DNA from: Malacoraja senta
Taxonomy: Eukaryota
DNA: 64,000 nt
Direction of reading: 5' to 3'
Assembly: GCA_038087875.1 (NCBI GenBank)
Contig: CM076000.1
Location: 496,001 to 560,000 of the forward strand
Numbering within the stretch: position 1 is the first letter of the stretch; each line of letters starts with the position of its first letter. Below, piece after piece: positions 63,286 through 64,000 of the stretch. The notes beneath the pieces are model-generated. The model saw only the letters and a program-made list of their open reading frames with translations, ran no database searches and was not told the DNA's origin. Both the position numbers and the translations under genes were made by a program.

Positions 63286-64000
63286 CAAGTTCAAGTGTTC
63301 AAGTCTGTTTATTGTCATGTGTCATAGGACAATTAAATTCTTGCTTTGCTTCAGCACAACAGAACATAGAAGGCATTGACTACAAAACAGATCAGTGTGT
63401 CCATATATCATTATATAAATATATACACATATGAATAAATAAACTGATAAAGTGCAAATAACAGATAATGGGCTATTAATGTTCATAGTTTTGTCCGAGC
63501 CAAGTTTAATAGCCTGATGGCTGTGGGGAAGTAGCTATTCCTGAACCTGGTCGTTGTAATCTTCAGGCTCCTGTACCTTCTACCTGAAGGTAGCAGGGAG
63601 ATGAGTGTGTGGCCAGGATGGTGTGGGTCCTTGATGATATTGCCAGCCTTTTTGAGGCAGCGACTGCGATAGATCCCCACGATGGAAGGGAGGTCAGAGC
63701 CGATGATGGACTGGGTAGTGTTTACTACTCTTTGGAGTCTCTTCCTCTCCAGGGCGCTCAAGTTGCCGAACCAAGCCACGATGCAACCGGTCAACATGCT
63801 CTCTACTGTGCACCTGTAGAAGTTAGAGAGACTCCTCCTTGACAAACCAACTCTCCGTAATCTTCTCAGGAAGTAGAGGCGCTGATGTGCTTTCTTAATA
63901 GCAGCATCAGTGTTCTCGGACCAGGAAAGATCTTCAGAGATGTGCACGCCCAGGAATTTAAAGCTCTTGACCCTTTCAACCATCGACCCATTGATATAGA
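63281..64000 (-). mobile_element. Rex1/Babar-type LINE 3' end (continues beyond the window)
   Basis: VERVKSFKFLGVHI..SGRRYRSLKITTTRFRNSYFP; TGACAATAAA and a (TTGAAC)n tail. Confidence 0.88.

Overview
Vertebrate genomic DNA; the CR1/Rex1/Penelope-rich repeat landscape suggests a cartilaginous fish such as a skate (inference). Three host genes are readable. NARS2 (mitochondrial Asn-tRNA synthetase) has seven coding exons on the minus strand at 1754-30432, equivalent to human exons 5-11. MITD1 has five coding exons on the plus strand at 44282-51242, equivalent to human exons 3-7 and ending in a stop codon. KCTD21 has one coding exon on the minus strand at 53164-53946, with a candidate non-coding first exon and promoter near 59.9-60.0 kb. 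The 5' exons of NARS2 and MITD1 were not found, and both genes point into a 200-N gap at 38642-38841. The rest is mostly mobile DNA: an intact Rex1/Babar-type LINE, a deleted Gypsy provirus with a PIF/Harbinger MITE in one LTR, solo LTRs, CR1, L1, RTE-X and hAT fragments, tandem non-autonomous Helitrons, and many Penelope-derived pieces carrying minimal hammerhead ribozyme motifs. The most unusual structures are an 892-bp near-perfect inverted duplication inside a nested transposon in MITD1 intron 6, small fold-back hammerhead elements, a non-coding element sharing both ends with the Rex1 LINE, and a hairpin covering the KCTD21 splice acceptor. All alignments were done by eye, so repeat boundaries are approximate unless termini are cited.
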